Assembly (NCBI GenBank): GCA_016933055.1
Contig: JAFGBS010000019.1
Coordinates: forward strand, 60,001-92,000
Source: Promethearchaeota archaeon
GTDB lineage: Archaea; Asgardarchaeota; Lokiarchaeia; Sigyniarchaeales; Promethearchaeaceae
Reading direction: 5' to 3'
DNA: 32,000 nucleotides
Positions within the stretch are counted from its first letter, which is position 1. Each line of letters opens with the position of its first letter. Under the pieces are notes generated by a model. It ran no database searches. It saw only the letters and a program-made list of their open reading frames with translations, and was not told the DNA's origin. This document shows, in pieces, positions 28,532 to 32,000 of this stretch. A program made the translations under genes and the position numbers.

Positions 28532-30073
28532 ATGGGAAAAGTTAAATTGGTTCTAGGGATAGTACTGCTCTTAATAGGCGTAGGAGTTCTCCCTACGGGG
28601 TATGTTTTGCATAATAGAATTGAAGAAGACCTTGATCTAGCATTACCTGGGGTATTATTGTCAATACGGGATCAAGTAATGCCCGAAATTGAAAAATACA
28701 CTAAATACGGAGCTATCCCGGAAACCATGATCGCATTGAAAAATGTTGCAGTTCCTCATGTACCGGAAATGGTAAATGGAACCATTTCCTTGAACGAAAT
28801 AACGGATACATTAGATGATTTAAGCGGATATATTGGATTTGAAAATGCCACGGATTGGTTTTTTAACGACCCCGCATGGACGGTAAACACGGATGGAAAC
28901 TATTCGATCCAAGGGATTTCGGAATATGCCGGTTTGGGGAATTTAAGCTTTACACCATTAGCTCTCACTAGCATTTTATCCACATTTCAAACCACTTATG
29001 CATTCACTAACGGAATTCCGTATTTTCTGGATAATTATGAAGATTCTATTACCGACTTAGATGAACGGGATGATATGATGGAAACCTATAATTCCACGTG
29101 GGAACAATTGGGAAACGTCTCAACCTACTTAATAGATTACTTGTATCCCTTAGTACCTGCGTTGGGTTCATTACCATATGAAGCAACGGATGCGACCGCG
29201 GAAGATTTCTTCTTTATGCAATGGGCGAATGGTACAATATTGCCAGATTCCTGGGAAATAACATTATCAGGCTCTGAGATTGAAGATTGGGAATTTAACT
29301 CTCCTGGATCAAACTTATCCTTCCAAAAAATATATGCCATATGGAATAGTTCCAATCAATTATCTCCTTTCAATTCTGACGGAATTAAAAGTTGGATTTT
29401 TGGGGATAACGATACAGAAACTGCAATACAAAGCGAGCTAGATATTTCTAATACCATCTATGAAAGTCTCGTCAGCTACTTTTTCGATGACGACTTTGGA
29501 AATACTGTTATGGTACCATTACTCGAGTATGTGCAAGAAAAATCGATAGAAGCCATCTTTTTAGATAATTTCTACCGCCAATGGGCTACGGGTGTACTAA
29601 TTCCAGAAGGCATTAGTTCCTTAGGGTCTCAGTATGCACTTTTAGAAGGATTTGAAGTGGTACTACCGCCGATCGTTTTTAATTTACCACCTGATCTTAG
29701 TAATAACTTATGGGATCTAAATAATTCAGTATCTCTCACAAATCCATCAGGCATCATCGATTGGTTAAAAATAGCTCGATTTAATCTTGACGGAGAACTA
29801 TCTGATGGTGAATGGCGTGGACTTATAGATGATTCCATTGAATTTGCCCAAATACAAGAAGAATTTACTATAGGTTTAGATCGTTCAGTAATTGTATCGA
29901 AATGGTTGCTGAAATTCCGTTATGAACTTGCTCCTACATTATTATGGCAAAATGGATTATTTTTCATGCATCCTATTGACCTATCGAACTTACTGAACTT
30001 GGGTGGTTTACTAATCGGTGGATTATGTGCATTTCTGGGAGTAATATTGATCCTTTCCTATCGTAAAAGATAA
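28532..30073 (+). CDS. Double-anchored (N- and C-terminal TM) repeat glycoprotein, paralog A
   Basis: TM at both termini, at least 10 NxS/T sequons, QWANG/QWATG repeats. ATG 28532 follows AGGTG; the ORF-track GTG 28520 lies inside that RBS. Confidence 0.85.
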   Translation: MGKVKLVLGIVLLLIGVGVLPTGYVLHNRIEEDLDLALPGVLLSIRDQVMPEIEKYTKYGAIPETMIALKNVAVPHVPEMVNGTISLNEITDTLDDLSGYIGFENATDWFFNDPAWTVNTDGNYSIQGISEYAGLGNLSFTPLALTSILSTFQTTYAFTNGIPYFLDNYEDSITDLDERDDMMETYNSTWEQLGNVSTYLIDYLYPLVPALGSLPYEATDATAEDFFFMQWANGTILPDSWEITLSGSEIEDWEFNSPGSNLSFQKIYAIWNSSNQLSPFNSDGIKSWIFGDNDTETAIQSELDISNTIYESLVSYFFDDDFGNTVMVPLLEYVQEKSIEAIFLDNFYRQWATGVLIPEGISSLGSQYALLEGFEVVLPPIVFNLPPDLSNNLWDLNNSVSLTNPSGIIDWLKIARFNLDGELSDGEWRGLIDDSIEFAQIQEEFTIGLDRSVIVSKWLLKFRYELAPTLLWQNGLFFMHPIDLSNLLNLGGLLIGGLCAFLGVILILSYRKR

Positions 30074-30081
30074 TCTTTATG

Positions 30082-30095
30082 TCCAAAATTTTGGA
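30082..30095. repeat. Perfect 14-bp palindrome TCCAAAATTTTGGA
   Basis: Read directly, in the spacer between the two paralogs. Function unknown. Confidence 0.5.
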
Positions 30096-30223
30096 GTAAA
30101 ATTGAAAATAAACGAAAAAATTGAAATATTGAAACAATTATAGACAATTATCAATTAAGTGTTGTAATAACGATAAAGTGGTAACAAAAATAGTAATATG
30201 TAAAAAATTTAGGTGTTAATAGA

Positions 30224-31741
30224 ATGGAAAAGAGAAAATTGATTGCGGGTATAGTATTACTCGTTATTGGAATTGGATTAATCCCTGGTACTATTGGAAT
30301 GGGGAATTTAATTAACTACCGAATGGATCAAACAATCAATCCTGCATTTGATAATATACGCTCGGAATTCTCTACTGAGGCAGAATCATTTGCATTAAAA
30401 GAATCAATTCCCCAGATGATGCAAGAGTTAAAGGATACAATCATTCCAAATATTCCTATATTAATTAATGGCTCTGTATCCGCAAAAGTTATCTCTAATG
30501 TTCTTAATAATTTGACTGGATATATAGGGCAAGAAAATGCGACGGAATGGTTCTTTAATGACCCTACATTCACGATTAACACGGATGGTAATTATTCGAT
30601 ACAAGGAATTTCAGAGTACAGCGGACTGGGTAATTTAAGTTTTTCCACATTAGCCATAAACAGAATATTATCTGCAATATTAACAAATTATGCTGTTACT
30701 AATGGGATAAAGTCATTTCTGGAAAATTACGAAGATTCAGTTACCGATCTTGACGATCGAAATGAAATGATGCAGTTATATAATGCAACTTGGGAGCAAC
30801 TGGAAAATGTTTCCACTTATCTGACGGATTATCTATTTCCATTAGTACCTACTTTAGGATCTTTACCATTTGAAGCTACTTCATTAACCGCCGAAGATTT
30901 TTTTTATATACATTGGGCAAATGGAACTGTTTTACCAAATGGAATCCGTATTTTTTTCAGTCAAACCGTATCTGTAGTGAATTGGGAATTAAAACAACCC
31001 GACTTGAATCTCAACCTTTCAATGGTAAAAACCATCTGGAACACCACAAATGAATATTCCCCGTTCAATGAGCAAGGGATTTTGAAATGGATATGGACAG
31101 TATATGACCCCACTGAATTCACCGAAATTGAAGATGGTCTTGGAATAAACAACACACTCGTTTCGGCATTAATGGATCACTTATTTAACACTAACTTCTT
31201 AGATAATGTTATCAACCGAATATTTAACATTGTTAGCACTCAAACATTAGCTGAGAAAAGGAACGAAGGAATTATCAGGCAATGGGCAGATGGTATTATG
31301 GTTCCAACTGGTCTTGGTTCAATTGACTCGCTATATGCCGGATTTGAAGTAACATTACCTCCCAATGATCTTGGTATTGACCTGAGTGTCCTAAAGGATA
31401 TTTGGTTTGTGAATAATACTAACGCTTTGAGGAATTCAACCGATGGTTTGGATAAATGGTTTACAATCGCAAGAGCACCTGAATCAGAGCGCTCTGATCT
31501 CGTCGAATATCAAATAATTACAGCAGAATTTGGTCTAGACTCTACACAAATGAATTTAATATCGGATTGGTTGAAAATATTCAGAAACACTTCCACATAT
31601 ATCATACAAGATATTCAAGGATTCCAACTCCATCCATATGAGATCCTCAGGCAAATTACTATTGGGGGATATATCGGTGCTGGTATTATTGGTTTCGTTG
31701 GCATATTTTTGATCGGATCTCAATTTAAGAAGCAAAGATAA
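30224..31741 (+). CDS. Double-anchored repeat glycoprotein, paralog B
   Basis: Same topology as paralog A, HWANG/QWADG repeats, at least 10 sequons, 103/140 identical residues with A in the central block. Confidence 0.85.
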   Translation: MEKRKLIAGIVLLVIGIGLIPGTIGMGNLINYRMDQTINPAFDNIRSEFSTEAESFALKESIPQMMQELKDTIIPNIPILINGSVSAKVISNVLNNLTGYIGQENATEWFFNDPTFTINTDGNYSIQGISEYSGLGNLSFSTLAINRILSAILTNYAVTNGIKSFLENYEDSVTDLDDRNEMMQLYNATWEQLENVSTYLTDYLFPLVPTLGSLPFEATSLTAEDFFYIHWANGTVLPNGIRIFFSQTVSVVNWELKQPDLNLNLSMVKTIWNTTNEYSPFNEQGILKWIWTVYDPTEFTEIEDGLGINNTLVSALMDHLFNTNFLDNVINRIFNIVSTQTLAEKRNEGIIRQWADGIMVPTGLGSIDSLYAGFEVTLPPNDLGIDLSVLKDIWFVNNTNALRNSTDGLDKWFTIARAPESERSDLVEYQIITAEFGLDSTQMNLISDWLKIFRNTSTYIIQDIQGFQLHPYEILRQITIGGYIGAGIIGFVGIFLIGSQFKKQR

Positions 31742-31819
31742 TCTTTTTTCATTTTTTCACAATTTCATGTAATAGACAGCTATAATTCAAAAGGTTAACA
31801 ATATATATTGTGATTATAC

Positions 31820-32000
31820 ATGGATTTATTTCCTCAATATGTGATATTAGGCAACAATGTAAAAATTGGGAAATTTGTTATTTTAGGTGAAATACCAAGA
31901 GTAGAGAAAATCCAACCCTTAGAAATTGGTGCCGATACAATAATTAGATCCCATTCTGTAATTTACACCAACACCACAATAGGGGATAATTTCCAAACTG
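31820..32000 (+). CDS. Hexapeptide-repeat N-acetyltransferase (partial, runs off the window)
   Basis: Own translation: MDLFPQYVILGNNVKIGKFVILGEIPRVEKIQPLEIGADTIIRSHSVIYTNTTIGDNFQT. Resembles WbpD-like sugar acetyltransferases. Confidence 0.75.
   Translation, partial: MDLFPQYVILGNNVKIGKFVILGEIPRVEKIQPLEIGADTIIRSHSVIYTNTTIGDNFQT

Noticed and set aside
30101-30157. Short direct repeats ATTGAAA x3 and CAATTA x3
   Set aside because: Irregular spacing in very AT-rich DNA. Not a CRISPR array or iteron set.
280-31155. Numerous 60-120 aa antisense or alternate-frame ORFs (e.g. 280-552, 1530-1898, 3259-3507, 13442-13690, 16704-17006, 22165-22473, 27680-27997)
   Set aside because: They lie on or opposite well-supported genes and show no motifs, as expected for shadow ORFs.
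1-32000. tRNA, rRNA, CRISPR, IS or prophage features
   Set aside because: No GC-rich cloverleaf or rRNA-like tract, no regularly spaced repeats and no mobile-element genes seen. A covariance-model scan was not run.

Overview
AT-rich, gene-dense archaeal chromosome segment, most likely from an Asgard archaeon of the Lokiarchaeia type. This is inferred from the archaeal-type PGK, DRG/TGS GTPase, IorAB, archaeal peroxiredoxin, GGTGA-type ribosome-binding sites and an IPG-TM-basic C-terminal sorting tail. About 34 CDS tile the window. Central metabolism: gap-pgk, a D-2-hydroxyacid dehydrogenase, an ADP-forming acyl-CoA synthetase alpha subunit, ilvE, aroK/aroE/aroD, a class I/II aminotransferase, iorAB, adk and leuC/leuD-family genes. 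Also present are dinB, a peroxiredoxin and a REC-PAS response regulator. I found no rRNA, tRNA, CRISPR array or mobile element. The main leads are: (i) two tandem LITAF-like membrane zinc-ribbon genes, the first apparently starting at a non-canonical ATT codon; (ii) two tandem double-anchored repeat glycoproteins with CD36/LIMP-like topology that share a sharply bounded 74%-identical block; (iii) a wHTH + 4-TM operon facing a surface-protein gene across a palindrome-rich operator; (iv) a translationally coupled pair of membrane beta-helix proteins resembling stand-alone modules of the epsilon-poly-lysine synthetase/NRPS terminal domain; (v) a bacterial-type GAPDH paired with an archaeal-type PGK. 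All family calls come from motif reading, not database searches.
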